Part shown: piece by piece, positions 1-9,854 of the stretch
Numbering within the stretch: the first letter of the stretch is position 1
How the letters are laid out: each line of letters opens with the position of its first letter
Notes under the pieces: generated by a model
What the model was told of the DNA's origin: nothing
Seen by the model: only the letters and a program-made list of their open reading frames with translations
The model's database searches: none
Translations under genes and position numbers: made by a program
Assembly: GCA_002450655.1 (NCBI GenBank)
Contig: DJZY01000076.1
Coordinates: 49,594 to 113,593 of the forward strand
Length of the DNA: 64,000 nt
Direction of reading: 5' to 3'
DNA from: Gammaproteobacteria bacterium UBA6940
Lineage (GTDB): Bacteria; Pseudomonadota; Gammaproteobacteria; Pseudomonadales; UBA6940

Positions 1-398
1 TGTCGATAGACCTTGCCAAAATCTTGCACTACAGCAGATTCTGCAAAAGGCAAATTTAAAATATTGTGACCACTATCAAAGTATGTCGTTGCTTTAGAAT
101 TAATTTTTAATCGAACGGTACCATTAAAACGAGCGTCTGGGTATTGGTTTGCAATACCTTGCGATGTATTAGAAAGAGCAGAAACAGCCGTAGTTGCATA
201 AGGTGTTGAGCCTATGTTGCTCATATGTCGATGAGCTGTTGCTGTTCGAATATCTTGCTGAGTGCCAGAAAAAGAGAGACTTCTTGTATGTCTAGTAGGC
301 ACAGGCATCATTGGGTTTTTAAGAATTGAGGGTGGAAGCGGTGAGGCTTCTTGTTTTTGACTTGCGTTGTTTTTAAATAATGAGAGAAATGACGGCAT
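1..398 (-). CDS. hypothetical protein, N-terminal part only (gene runs off the window start)
   Basis: Minus-strand frame is open from ATG (complement of 396-398) to the window edge, 132 codons with no stop. A GAAGGAAG SD-like run lies about 7 nt upstream. Ser/Thr-rich, no recognisable domain. Not in the ORF track because it has no stop. Confidence 0.5.
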   Translation of the reverse strand, partial: MPSFLSLFKNNASQKQEASPLPPSILKNPMMPVPTRHTRSLSFSGTQQDIRTATAHRHMSNIGSTPYATTAVSALSNTSQGIANQYPDARFNGTVRLKINSKATTYFDSGHNILNLPFAESAVVQDFGKVYR

Positions 399-692
399 AA
401 CAAACTTCCTTCAACTATTTTTTATTTCGAGGGCTTGATGCTACTCCTTTTTTAACACCTTAATTATCAGGTTAATCTCAACTTTTTGACGCTGAGTCTC
501 ATTTAAATGCTCTTTAATTTATTTTATCTTTAGTCTTAATTATTGCTGATAAAGTTAATCGAAATATAAAGTATGTAATTGAATAAATTGACTGGCATAT
601 TCTTTTTTAATTGTGCAAAGTGTCAATTGTAGATGAATGCACTTAGTTTTCTCTGGGTGAAAAATAATCATTTTAAGTGAGGTTTTTTGATA

Positions 693-1598
693 ATGAAGTA
701 TTTGTTAGCAAATATACTTAAAAATATTAATCGCCTTGTGAAGCAAAATTATTCTGATACGGGTAATTTTCAAACGAAAATACCAAGACTTGTCGTTATT
801 CAAGGGGATGTGCCTGATACAATTGCAACAGGTTTATATGAGCCAATGATATATCTTGTTGTGCAAGGGCATAAGACACTGACTATTGGTGATAAAGTCT
901 ATCAGTACTTTCCGTCTGATTATTTTGTGATGTCTGTTGATGTGCCTGTGACAAGTCAAAACTTTCCAGCTGCATCAGGTGCGCCATTTACAGCTTTGGC
1001 GCTCACTGTGGATTCATCTATCGTAAGTGATATTGTTGAGCAAACTATTTGTCATCAAAGTGACCTTCAACAAGCATTTGGCGGTGGAGTATCAGATGCA
1101 CGTTTACTCGGTGCTTGGAGTCGTCTTATTTCACTTTATGATAAACCTGATGATATTGGTTTTTTATCGACAATTTATGAGAAAGAATTACTTTATTATG
1201 TTTTAAAAGGAACTCATGGGACTGCGTTAAGGGATATTGCAGTGCATGGTACAGCTTTAAAGCGAATACATCTTGCTATAGGTTGGATCAAAGGTCATTT
1301 TCGTGAAGATATTGGTATTGCTCAACTGTCGGATATTGCCGGTATGAGTCATGCTACATTTTATCGTCAATTTAAAAAGATTATAGATCTCACACCTATG
1401 CAGTACTTAAAGCAATTAAGGTTGCTTGAAGCTAGGCGCATTTTAATGAATACCAATTTAGCAGTGGGGCAGGTTTGTTTTGATGTTGGCTATCAAAGCC
1501 AGGCGCAATTTAGTCGAGACTATAAACAGTTTTTCAAACGGAGCCCATTAAATGATATTAAAACAATGAGAGCCCAACTCAAAAACTCGTTAGAATAA
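693..1598 (+). CDS. AraC/XylS-family transcriptional regulator
   Basis: C-terminal double HTH (IAQLSDIAGMSHATFYRQFKK...QVCFDVGYQSQAQFSRDYKQFFKRSP) with an N-terminal AraC-type ligand domain. The ORF track starts at TTG 687. ATG 693 is preferred, with AAGTGAGG upstream. Confidence 0.85.
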   Translation: MKYLLANILKNINRLVKQNYSDTGNFQTKIPRLVVIQGDVPDTIATGLYEPMIYLVVQGHKTLTIGDKVYQYFPSDYFVMSVDVPVTSQNFPAASGAPFTALALTVDSSIVSDIVEQTICHQSDLQQAFGGGVSDARLLGAWSRLISLYDKPDDIGFLSTIYEKELLYYVLKGTHGTALRDIAVHGTALKRIHLAIGWIKGHFREDIGIAQLSDIAGMSHATFYRQFKKIIDLTPMQYLKQLRLLEARRILMNTNLAVGQVCFDVGYQSQAQFSRDYKQFFKRSPLNDIKTMRAQLKNSLE

Positions 1599-1714
1599 AG
1601 CTATAATAGGGGCATTGCTTAGGTTGTGGGTGTGTGTCCCGTTACACTTTTCTAACATAAGCCTTGTAATTTCATTGTACTAAGGCCTTTGGTATTGGGT
1701 AATCTGCTGATCTT

Positions 1715-2716
1715 ATGTTTATACATCATCATACCTTTACGACCGATATTTCTTTATTTTTTGATCATGGTCATCAATTACCAGCGCCATCCACGCGCTT
1801 CTATGCTGGTCGCATGCGCCAAGATATGCGGTCAGTGAGTCTGTCTTCGCAAAATGCTTTTGGCGCTATTATCCCGTTAACGACAGGGGCAATTAAGCGA
1901 CGCTTCAATCAAGATACTGGCCAGCAAAAAGAGCCACAGGTGAATTCCAAGTTAGCAATTACTAAAAATACAGCGTTAACTGAAAAAATGCTGGCAAAGC
2001 TCTCTCAAGAAAATGCGACTTTTACTCATCCATCTGTGTTTTTACAATTGAATATGGATAAAGTGAAACTCGTGCTTTTGCTTGCAGGTCAGATATTGCA
2101 GCATGAAAAGCAAGCGTTATGGCAGTTATTGTCTCAGAGTGAAAAGTCGAATAAAAAATATGAGCTACTTGAAATGCTCAGCCACTACTGCCAACTTTCA
2201 CCAGATCAGTATCTAAAACTGGAAAAGTATGCTGCTCGCTATTTATCCTTGGCTCAGATAGAAGCCTATAGAAAAACACTTCTCAAGGATAAGTCGTTTA
2301 CTCGTGACTGGATTTTTGATAAGGAACAGCTTTCACCTCATATTTTGATTCAGCCTCAGTCTCAGCAGTTTAATTGCATTGCTGAATCGCTCAATATTCA
2401 TGATGAATGGTTATGGGATGAGATTGCAAAGCCCATGCGAGAGCATTTTAGTTTGGCTGAAATTGAACAATTTTATGGCCAATATGGTTATAAAGTAGTG
2501 CAAGACGGGCTTCTTTTGTCCTTACCTAATTCTATTTTTATTTTCGGACATCAGCATTCATCAGGGATGCGTTTGAAACATGCAGGTAGAACAGATGATT
2601 TAGGGTTTTATATCTCCAAACTAGGCACTGCAGGTTCGGTCTTATGGGCAAGTCCAGAATCTGATGAGTGTCCTGAATATGGCAGACCTCTAGTGCAGCT
2701 TGTGAAACATAAGTAA
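1715..2716 (+). CDS. hypothetical protein (orphan, no recognisable domain)
   Basis: 333-codon ORF with no conserved motif that I recognise. Flanked by AT-rich spacers. Confidence 0.55.
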   Translation: MFIHHHTFTTDISLFFDHGHQLPAPSTRFYAGRMRQDMRSVSLSSQNAFGAIIPLTTGAIKRRFNQDTGQQKEPQVNSKLAITKNTALTEKMLAKLSQENATFTHPSVFLQLNMDKVKLVLLLAGQILQHEKQALWQLLSQSEKSNKKYELLEMLSHYCQLSPDQYLKLEKYAARYLSLAQIEAYRKTLLKDKSFTRDWIFDKEQLSPHILIQPQSQQFNCIAESLNIHDEWLWDEIAKPMREHFSLAEIEQFYGQYGYKVVQDGLLLSLPNSIFIFGHQHSSGMRLKHAGRTDDLGFYISKLGTAGSVLWASPESDECPEYGRPLVQLVKHK

Positions 2717-2911
2717 CAAAGATCTCTTCTCTAGAGACGACGGCAATGCTGCCGAATTTCTAAACGCTTTGAAACAATTCACCTGTTATAACCCCAATCC
2801 TTAGCTAAACTTAATTTTTAAGGGGTACTTAAAGGGTGTAGAGCTTGAACTCACACTCATCCTGTCACTCTTATGATAATCAAGGACAGCAAAAGGAAGA
2901 TTGAGGTTTAC

Positions 2912-4714
2912 ATGAAAAACGGTGACGCAACAGCCCGCAAACAGGACCATGATAATCACGAAAATGACAACATAGTGCAGCATTTAAGAGGGCATCTCAC
3001 TGAATCGCTTTCCCGTGTCTATAAACACTATTCTCATTCACAGCTTGAACAGATTGCTGATCAGCTGCTTGAGGCAATGCCACCAAAGGTTGCCAAAAGC
3101 CCTAAAGCACACGAAAACCTCTGGACAGAAAAAGAAGTGGTATTGATCACATATGGCGACTCTATTGTGAACCATCGTGAACCACCACTTGAAGTCTTGC
3201 GACAGTTTTTAAAGAACCATTTGAGCGATGTGCTCACAACAGTTCATATATTACCATTCTACCCATTTACTTCAGATGATGGGTTTAGTGTTGTGGATTA
3301 TTGCCAGGTGAATCCACAACTTGGCGAGTGGGAGCATGTTGAAAAGCTTGCAGAAGATTTTCATATTATGTTCGATGCTGTTGTGAACCATATTTCTTCA
3401 GCCAGTCGCTGGTTCCAAACCTATCTTACAAGCCAAAAAGACGATAACTTATTTTTTACTGAAGCAAGTCCTCATGAAGATACATCAATGGTGACTCGTC
3501 CACGAACAAGTCCGCTGCTGCGTCGCGTTGATACAGTGAGAGGGGAGCGCTATGTATGGTGTACTTTCAGTCACGATCAGGTTGACCTTAACTTTGGCAA
3601 CCCAAACCTGTTTATTGAAGTAGTCAAAGTCTTTCAATACTACCTCGACCATGGTGCAAGCTGGTTCAGACTTGATGCAATTGCATTTATCTGGAAAGAG
3701 CTTGGCACGACCTGTATTAATCTACCTGAAGCTCATGAGCTGATTAAAATTATGAGGCTCTTATTGGAGCACGCCCATCCAGAAGCAGTGGTTGTGACGG
3801 AAACTAATGTGCCAATTCACGAGAACCTTGCGTATTTTGGTAATGCTAATGAAGCTCATGTGATTTACAACTTCTCGCTACCACCTCTCTTGGTTCATAG
3901 TTTATTGTCCCAAGATGCAAGCTATTTGAAAAAATGGTTGTTATCTCTGCCAAACCTGCAAGATGGTACTGCTTATCTGAACTTTATTGCATCACATGAT
4001 GGTATTGGGTTACGTCCAGCAGAAGGTTTGCTCCCTGATGAAGAAATCGACCAGATGAAGCAGCACGTCAAAGCATCTGGCGGTTATCTCACAGATCGTA
4101 TGCTGCCGACAGGTGATGTCAAAACCTATGAGATGAATATCAGTCTATTCGATGCGCTCAGTGGTACTTTTGAAGCAGGTAAGGATGAGTTTCATATTGC
4201 TCGGTTTGTATCAGCTTATGCGATTGCATTTGGCTTGGCTGGTATTCCAGCTGTGTATATACATTCGTTCCTTGCAACACCAAATGACCATGAGCGTTAT
4301 GAGCGCACAGGTGTAAATAGAGCAGTGAACCGTCATGTGTGGAATGCGGATGAACTGGATGCACTACTTGATGATCAAGACTCAAATCAGTATCAAGTAC
4401 TGCAGCAGTTGAAAAAGCTTTTGAGGATTCGTTGCAATCAGCCTGCGTTTCACCCAAATGCAGCCCAGCACATCATGCATTTATCATCAAACTTGCTTGG
4501 ATTCCATCGTCATGATCCTGTATCAGGACAGAAAATCTTTGCGATTTACAATATGTCTCGCCACAAGCAAGATTTATCAGTTTATGACCTTAATCTCAGT
4601 AGCTTAGGCCGCTGGACTAACTTGGTAAACGGCGAATGCTATTTTGATCCAAGTGAGCATATTGCATTGGCCCCTTATGAGTTTGTTTGGCTGACTGATC
4701 TGTATTTCGATTAA
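2912..4714 (+). CDS. GH13 sucrose-phosphorylase-family sugar phosphorylase (GH13_18-like)
   Basis: Family motifs HILPFYPFTSDDGFSVVDY, FDAVVNHIS, WFRLDAIAFIWKE, VVTETN and IASHDGIGLRP. ATG 2912 has GAGG 5 nt upstream. The ORF track starts at 2873. Confidence 0.85.
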   Translation: MKNGDATARKQDHDNHENDNIVQHLRGHLTESLSRVYKHYSHSQLEQIADQLLEAMPPKVAKSPKAHENLWTEKEVVLITYGDSIVNHREPPLEVLRQFLKNHLSDVLTTVHILPFYPFTSDDGFSVVDYCQVNPQLGEWEHVEKLAEDFHIMFDAVVNHISSASRWFQTYLTSQKDDNLFFTEASPHEDTSMVTRPRTSPLLRRVDTVRGERYVWCTFSHDQVDLNFGNPNLFIEVVKVFQYYLDHGASWFRLDAIAFIWKELGTTCINLPEAHELIKIMRLLLEHAHPEAVVVTETNVPIHENLAYFGNANEAHVIYNFSLPPLLVHSLLSQDASYLKKWLLSLPNLQDGTAYLNFIASHDGIGLRPAEGLLPDEEIDQMKQHVKASGGYLTDRMLPTGDVKTYEMNISLFDALSGTFEAGKDEFHIARFVSAYAIAFGLAGIPAVYIHSFLATPNDHERYERTGVNRAVNRHVWNADELDALLDDQDSNQYQVLQQLKKLLRIRCNQPAFHPNAAQHIMHLSSNLLGFHRHDPVSGQKIFAIYNMSRHKQDLSVYDLNLSSLGRWTNLVNGECYFDPSEHIALAPYEFVWLTDLYFD

Positions 4715-4750
4715 GGCAGTGATTGAGCCACAGGTGCAAAAAGTGCTAGT

Positions 4751-4800
4751 CTAGTGCTCCATCCGGTTATCTATTTCTTAATAACAGGATGGAGCACTAG
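4751..4800. repeat. 20-bp inverted repeat (1 mismatch) with 10-nt loop, between the sugar phosphorylase gene and recQ
   Basis: CTAGTGCTCCATCCGGTTAT ... ATAACAGGATGGAGCACTAG, of which 14 bp are perfect. No T-tract follows, so it is not a canonical intrinsic terminator. Confidence 0.6.
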
Positions 4801-4864
4801 TGCTGATCATATGTACATATAAGTGCTGTAATGGATTGAGAACTTCCCACAAGAGAGCACACCT

Positions 4865-7123
4865 GTGACCATCGACGACTATACAGCTGAACACTGGCCT
4901 CAAGATGATTTGCTTGAAACTTCATCTCAACGCCCAAGCCAACCGATGGCACCGTTAACCCTTCAAGATGCTGAAAAGAAGCTGCAGCAGATTTTTGGTT
5001 ATAGCTCTTTTAGAAAGCCGCAAGACCAAGTTATCCAAACCATTCTTAATCAAAAAAATGCATTTGTTTTAATGCCTACAGGTGGTGGTAAGTCGCTCTG
5101 TTATCAGATTCCCGCGTTGCTCTTCCCTGGGCTGACAATTGTTGTATCGCCGTTAATCGCGTTAATGCAAGATCAGATACTCTCACTTCAAGCGAACGGT
5201 GTTGCAGCAGCAGGTATTCATTCGGGGATGTCTCAGTCTGAAAAACGTGAAGTCTTTAAAGCGCTTTATCAATCCAGTCTCGATATACTTTATGTTTCTC
5301 CTGAGCGTTTAGCGCTGCAATCCATGAGGGACTTTTTACAGCAGATTAATATTTCCCTTATTGCCTTTGATGAAGCTCACTGTGTTTCTCAGTGGGGGCA
5401 TGACTTTAGACCAGACTACCAAATGCTGGCGCAGTTTGTTGATCAGTTTCCTCATGTTCCCCGTATTGCACTGACTGCAACTGCAAATGAAGTGACTCGT
5501 GAAGATATTATCCAAGCCTTGAGACTTGAATCAGCAGAGTTGTTTGTTGGTAATTTTGATCGACCAAATATTCAATACGCCATAGAAGAAAATCAAGGAG
5601 ATCAAAAATCTCGCTTAATGGAATTTATTCGAGACTCCCTCGGTGATGGTAGCGGTATTGTGTACTGCACAACTAAAAAGAAGGTTGATCAGACATGCGA
5701 ATGGTTAAATCAAAAAGGGATTAATGCCATTGCTTATCATGCAGGCATGAGTAAAAAAGAGCGAGAAACCTCACTTAATACATTCTTACAAGACGATAAA
5801 ATTGTGGCTGTAGCGACAATTGCATTTGGTATGGGGATCGATAAAGCTGATGTGCGTTTTGTTGCTCACCTCAACCTCCCAAAAAGCTTAGAAGCCTATT
5901 ACCAAGAAACAGGTCGAGCAGGGCGAGATGGCTTACCAAGTAAAGTATGGATGTCATATTCCTTAGCTGACATGATTCAGCTACGACGCTGGGTTCGCGA
6001 ATCTGATGCCCCTATGGAAATTCAGCAAATCGAAAGTCAAAAGCTCAGCGCCATTCTTGCTTTCGCAGAATCGAGCCAATGCCGTCGACAGCTGCTTTTA
6101 CAGTATTTTGGACAAGTCTTGCCAGAGCCTTGCGGCCATTGTGATAACTGTTTAAACCCGCCTGCAATGATGGATATGACTGTGCCAAGTCAAAAAGCAC
6201 TTTCAACTGTGCACCATACAGGCCAACGTTTTGGTATGACACATAATATTCATGTATTGCGAGGCGCAGACACTGAACGTGTAAGGCAGTTTAGGCACCA
6301 AAAGCTGAGTACCTATGGTTTAGGTAGTGATTTATCTGAAGCAGAGTGGAAGCGTGTATTTCAGCAATTAATTTTGTGTGGCGCGTTGGAAATGGATGCT
6401 AAAAATTACAATAGCCTTAAGCTGCGTGAACCATGCCGTGCTATTTTACGTGGTGAAAACAAAGTTCATCTACGAGTGCTCACGAAAACATCTCTCAAGC
6501 AAACTGATATGGCAAGTGGTCCTCGTCTCAATGCAATGCAAGCTGCACTCTTGAAGCTGCTTAAAAATTTACGACGAGCCATTGCGAAGGATGAAAATAT
6601 TCCATTTGCGAACTTATTCTCTGATGCGACACTTATTGATTTAACCATGCAAATGCCACAAAACTTGGAGGCATTAGAGCAAGTACAAGGTTTTGGTCAA
6701 GAAAAAGTGCAACGCTTTGGTCGTGTCATTCTAGACTTTTTACAGCAAGCACAATCTATGTCTCAAGCTGATTTGGAGGAAGGTTTTTCTGCTTCAATGT
6801 GGTACAGCCTTTATGAATTCCAAAGAACTGATTCCATTGAAAAGCTTCTTAAAAAGAGAGCATTAACTCGTAGCACTTTAGAATCACATTTAATTCAAGC
6901 AGCAGAAAAAGGCTGGATTGAATTTCAATTATTGCCATTTAATTTAACTGAAGAGCAAATCAGTGAAATCCGTGAGCATATTCCGCATGATCCAGATCGC
7001 TCAGAAAGTTTATCAAAGCTTTCTGCTATTCTTGGACAAAAATATTCTTTTGGTGAAATTCGATATGTTCAAAGTCTCGTGTGGTATCAACAAAAGCAAA
7101 CGATAGAAGAGCCGGTTGTTTAA
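4865..7123 (+). CDS. recQ: ATP-dependent DNA helicase RecQ, long form with extra C-terminal HTH-like region
   Basis: MPTGGGKSLCYQIPAL (Walker A), DEAHCVSQWGHDFRPDY, Zn-binding CGHCDNC and an HRDC-like segment. At 752 aa it is about 110 aa longer than E. coli RecQ beyond the HRDC. GTG start. Confidence 0.95.
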   Translation: MTIDDYTAEHWPQDDLLETSSQRPSQPMAPLTLQDAEKKLQQIFGYSSFRKPQDQVIQTILNQKNAFVLMPTGGGKSLCYQIPALLFPGLTIVVSPLIALMQDQILSLQANGVAAAGIHSGMSQSEKREVFKALYQSSLDILYVSPERLALQSMRDFLQQINISLIAFDEAHCVSQWGHDFRPDYQMLAQFVDQFPHVPRIALTATANEVTREDIIQALRLESAELFVGNFDRPNIQYAIEENQGDQKSRLMEFIRDSLGDGSGIVYCTTKKKVDQTCEWLNQKGINAIAYHAGMSKKERETSLNTFLQDDKIVAVATIAFGMGIDKADVRFVAHLNLPKSLEAYYQETGRAGRDGLPSKVWMSYSLADMIQLRRWVRESDAPMEIQQIESQKLSAILAFAESSQCRRQLLLQYFGQVLPEPCGHCDNCLNPPAMMDMTVPSQKALSTVHHTGQRFGMTHNIHVLRGADTERVRQFRHQKLSTYGLGSDLSEAEWKRVFQQLILCGALEMDAKNYNSLKLREPCRAILRGENKVHLRVLTKTSLKQTDMASGPRLNAMQAALLKLLKNLRRAIAKDENIPFANLFSDATLIDLTMQMPQNLEALEQVQGFGQEKVQRFGRVILDFLQQAQSMSQADLEEGFSASMWYSLYEFQRTDSIEKLLKKRALTRSTLESHLIQAAEKGWIEFQLLPFNLTEEQISEIREHIPHDPDRSESLSKLSAILGQKYSFGEIRYVQSLVWYQQKQTIEEPVV

Positions 7124-7127
7124 GCGA

Positions 7128-7144
7128 TTTTAGGGACGTTGCCT
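7128..7144 (+). promoter_or_regulatory. copy 1 of recurrent 17-nt intergenic motif (TTTTAGGGACGTTGCCT)
   Basis: Lies 127 nt upstream of the SCO-family gene start, in the same orientation. See the motif finding. Confidence 0.5.
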
Positions 7145-7271
7145 AAATATAACTCGTATTACTTTTAAACTTGCAATTAAAAACACTGTATTTACAGTCT
7201 GAAACTAGCTTTTAATAATCAAGTGGTTATAAAATACAAAACGATTAAAACCATGAAAGGAAAGCGATACC

Positions 7272-7889
7272 ATGACAAAAAAAGGATCACTGGCTCTATT
7301 GGTTGCTGCAGCAGGTATAGCCTTAGCAGGACTTGTTTCGATCAGTATGGCCAGCTTTAAAAAAGATGATATTGAATTACCAGTTTATGATCATTTAGGC
7401 GGTGACTTCTCTTTACAAAGCACGAATGAAAACTTTAATTCTATGAGTGCGGCTGAAGGTAAAGTTGTTTTATTAAGTTTTGGTTTTACATCCTGTCCTG
7501 ATATCTGTCCAATGATGCTTGAAAAATATCGTCGTGCCTATAGAGCATTAGACCGTCTAACAATTAATGGCGAAAAGGCATCTGATCAAGTTGTTATGTA
7601 TTTTGTGTCTGTTGATCCTGAGCGAGATACTTTAGATAAAATGGTTTCATATTTTAAATCATTCGACACTCGTATCATTGGTTTAAGAGGTACAGATCAA
7701 GAAATAGATGCAGTTCAAGCGTCTGTTGCTGTGGCTTCCCAAAACATTCCAAACTCAAACCAAATCTCTCATTCCGATCGCATCATGCTCTTTGATACTC
7801 AGGGTCGATTAAGAGCAATGCCGACTCTAAGAGAGCCTTTAAGAGATCTTGTGTCTCAAGTTGAAGTACTTTTGAAGCAAGAAGGCTAA
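7272..7889 (+). CDS. SCO1/SenC-family thioredoxin-like copper chaperone
   Basis: Signal/anchor segment, CxxxC motif (FTSCPDICP), VSVDPERDT, and a distal His (ISHSDRIMLFD). Confidence 0.85.
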   Translation: MTKKGSLALLVAAAGIALAGLVSISMASFKKDDIELPVYDHLGGDFSLQSTNENFNSMSAAEGKVVLLSFGFTSCPDICPMMLEKYRRAYRALDRLTINGEKASDQVVMYFVSVDPERDTLDKMVSYFKSFDTRIIGLRGTDQEIDAVQASVAVASQNIPNSNQISHSDRIMLFDTQGRLRAMPTLREPLRDLVSQVEVLLKQEG

Positions 7890-7979
7890 ATTACGAGCAT
7901 CTTTGACCTCCTAAGCCACTAAGCCTCAGCTATTCTTAACAAAAGTACGTTAGGAATGAAGCGTCTTAGGGGCTAGGAT

Positions 7980-9854
7980 ATGCGTTTAGGTATTATCTCC
8001 AGTTTTAATATCAGTGCAAGTCTGATCTTGTTGGTGATCCAGGCTTATGCATTGGAGTGGAGTGACCTTCAAAGTATGTCCTTGGAAGATCTAAGCCAGC
8101 TCGAAGTTTCAGCAGCTGATAAAATACCTACGCCCCTCAATCAAACAGCAGCCTCTATTTATGTCATTGATGCACAAGAAATACGTCGCTCAGGTGCATC
8201 CACTCTTTATGAAGTCCTACAACTTGCACCAAATCTTCATATAGGCCGTCAAGATGCAAACCAATCCATTGTGAGTGCTCGAGGGTTTTTTGAAGACCTG
8301 AGTAATAAGTTACAAGTGCTTATTGATGGACGAATTCTATATACCCCGTTGTATTCAACTGTGAACTGGGATGCACAGGATTTACTCGTCAATGATATTA
8401 AACAAATTGAAATTATTAGTGGCCCTGCTGATGTAAGCTGGGGGGCGAATGCAATGAATGGTGTTATTAATATTGTCACGAAAGCCGCTGACAAAACGGC
8501 ATCATTAGTTGATATAAGTGCTGGCACTATGCAAAGTCATGCTGCAGTGAGAGTCTCTCGGCAAACGTCACCTGACAGTGCTTTTCGAGTTTACGGTAAA
8601 TCAGTGACAAGCGAGGGCTCAGAATTAGATAATGAAATGCCTGCAGGTGATGATTGGAAGAGGCATCAAGCAGGATTTCGTTATGATAAACAAACATTAA
8701 CAGATAGCTTTCAGTTGCAGGGTGGTGCTTACCAAGCAGACATAAATTCTGATCAAGTGCCGTTAAATATGGATGGTGCTCATGTATTAGGTTCATTTAC
8801 AGAAAAGCAGCAGCTTGGTCAGTTGCATCTGCTTGGTTACATTGATTATTTTAATCGAGATTATGAAAATTATTTTGAAGAAAGTGTAACGTCGACTTAT
8901 ATTGAAGCACGATATCTTTTGAATAAATATGGTCGCCATGCATTGCTCTTAGGGGCAGACTATCGTTATGCAAAGGATAATACAGAGAATTTGCAATCTT
9001 ATGGGTATATACCTGAAGATGAATCTCTGAGATGGTTTTCTACATATATTCAAGATCATATTTCTCTGACAGAGACACTTGATCTGAAACTAGGTATAAG
9101 ATTAGAAGATAATTCTTATACTGGTTTAGAAACCATGCCAACCCTGCGAATGATTTGGAATTATCAGCGAAATCAGTCTTATTGGTTTGCCTTATCTCGC
9201 AATGTACGCTCTCCTTCAAGATCAGATCGCGATTTGGTTCTCCCGAATAACCCGCCATATTATGTTATTGCAGACAACGATTTTCAGTCTGAAACAGCGC
9301 AAACACTACAGCTGGGATGGAAAGCACTTATTCAAGATAATACCTATTTAAATTTTACTGTATTCTACACCTCTTATAAAAAACTTCATGCCGCAATACT
9401 TGAAGATACGCAGTACACACTGGTCAATGGTTTGGATGCAAATACTCATGGTGTTGAATTTTGGGGTAGTATGCAGTTACTCGATCAATGGAAAGTAAAA
9501 GCCGGTGCTACTTTTGTTGATGAAGATTTTGAGTACAGAGAAAATGCCGGTCCATTTTTGAATATGAATGAAAATGCACCAGTTACTCAATTTAGTGTAC
9601 AGTCGCAATATGATTTAACACCAAGTCTAGAGTTAGATTTTTATTACCGCTATGTTGGTCAACTTGCATATTCTGATGTACCTAGTAGCGATTTTCTCGA
9701 TGTGAGATTGGCATGGTGGCCGGTATCAGACATAGAACTCTCTATAAAAGGCACAAATTTATTAAGTTCTCACCAAATTGAATATAGAGCTGTAGGGCAG
9801 AATGATCATTACTTTGAAAGAAACTTTAAGTTAGGAATTCGATGGTATCCGTAG
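7980..9854 (+). CDS. TonB-dependent outer-membrane receptor (short, 624 aa)
   Basis: Signal peptide, plug-domain motifs (IYVIDAQEIRRSGASTLYEVLQLAPNL, VLIDGR) and a beta-barrel-like C-terminus ending in an aromatic-rich strand. Confidence 0.85.
   Translation: MRLGIISSFNISASLILLVIQAYALEWSDLQSMSLEDLSQLEVSAADKIPTPLNQTAASIYVIDAQEIRRSGASTLYEVLQLAPNLHIGRQDANQSIVSARGFFEDLSNKLQVLIDGRILYTPLYSTVNWDAQDLLVNDIKQIEIISGPADVSWGANAMNGVINIVTKAADKTASLVDISAGTMQSHAAVRVSRQTSPDSAFRVYGKSVTSEGSELDNEMPAGDDWKRHQAGFRYDKQTLTDSFQLQGGAYQADINSDQVPLNMDGAHVLGSFTEKQQLGQLHLLGYIDYFNRDYENYFEESVTSTYIEARYLLNKYGRHALLLGADYRYAKDNTENLQSYGYIPEDESLRWFSTYIQDHISLTETLDLKLGIRLEDNSYTGLETMPTLRMIWNYQRNQSYWFALSRNVRSPSRSDRDLVLPNNPPYYVIADNDFQSETAQTLQLGWKALIQDNTYLNFTVFYTSYKKLHAAILEDTQYTLVNGLDANTHGVEFWGSMQLLDQWKVKAGATFVDEDFEYRENAGPFLNMNENAPVTQFSVQSQYDLTPSLELDFYYRYVGQLAYSDVPSSDFLDVRLAWWPVSDIELSIKGTNLLSSHQIEYRAVGQNDHYFERNFKLGIRWYP

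Noticed and set aside
2801-2983. 60-aa minus-strand ORF overlapping the start of the sugar phosphorylase gene
   Set aside because: It is short and hydrophobic by chance in AT-rich sequence. It overlaps a well-supported gene and its RBS region.
7128-7146. Reading the 17-nt motif as a sigma54 promoter (GG...TTGC) or as a terminator of recQ
   Set aside because: The GG to GC spacing is 6 nt rather than 10. The AGG-N7-CCT stem is only 3-6 bp and has no T-tract. The palindromic extension TTTAGG/CCTAAA occurs only in copy 1.
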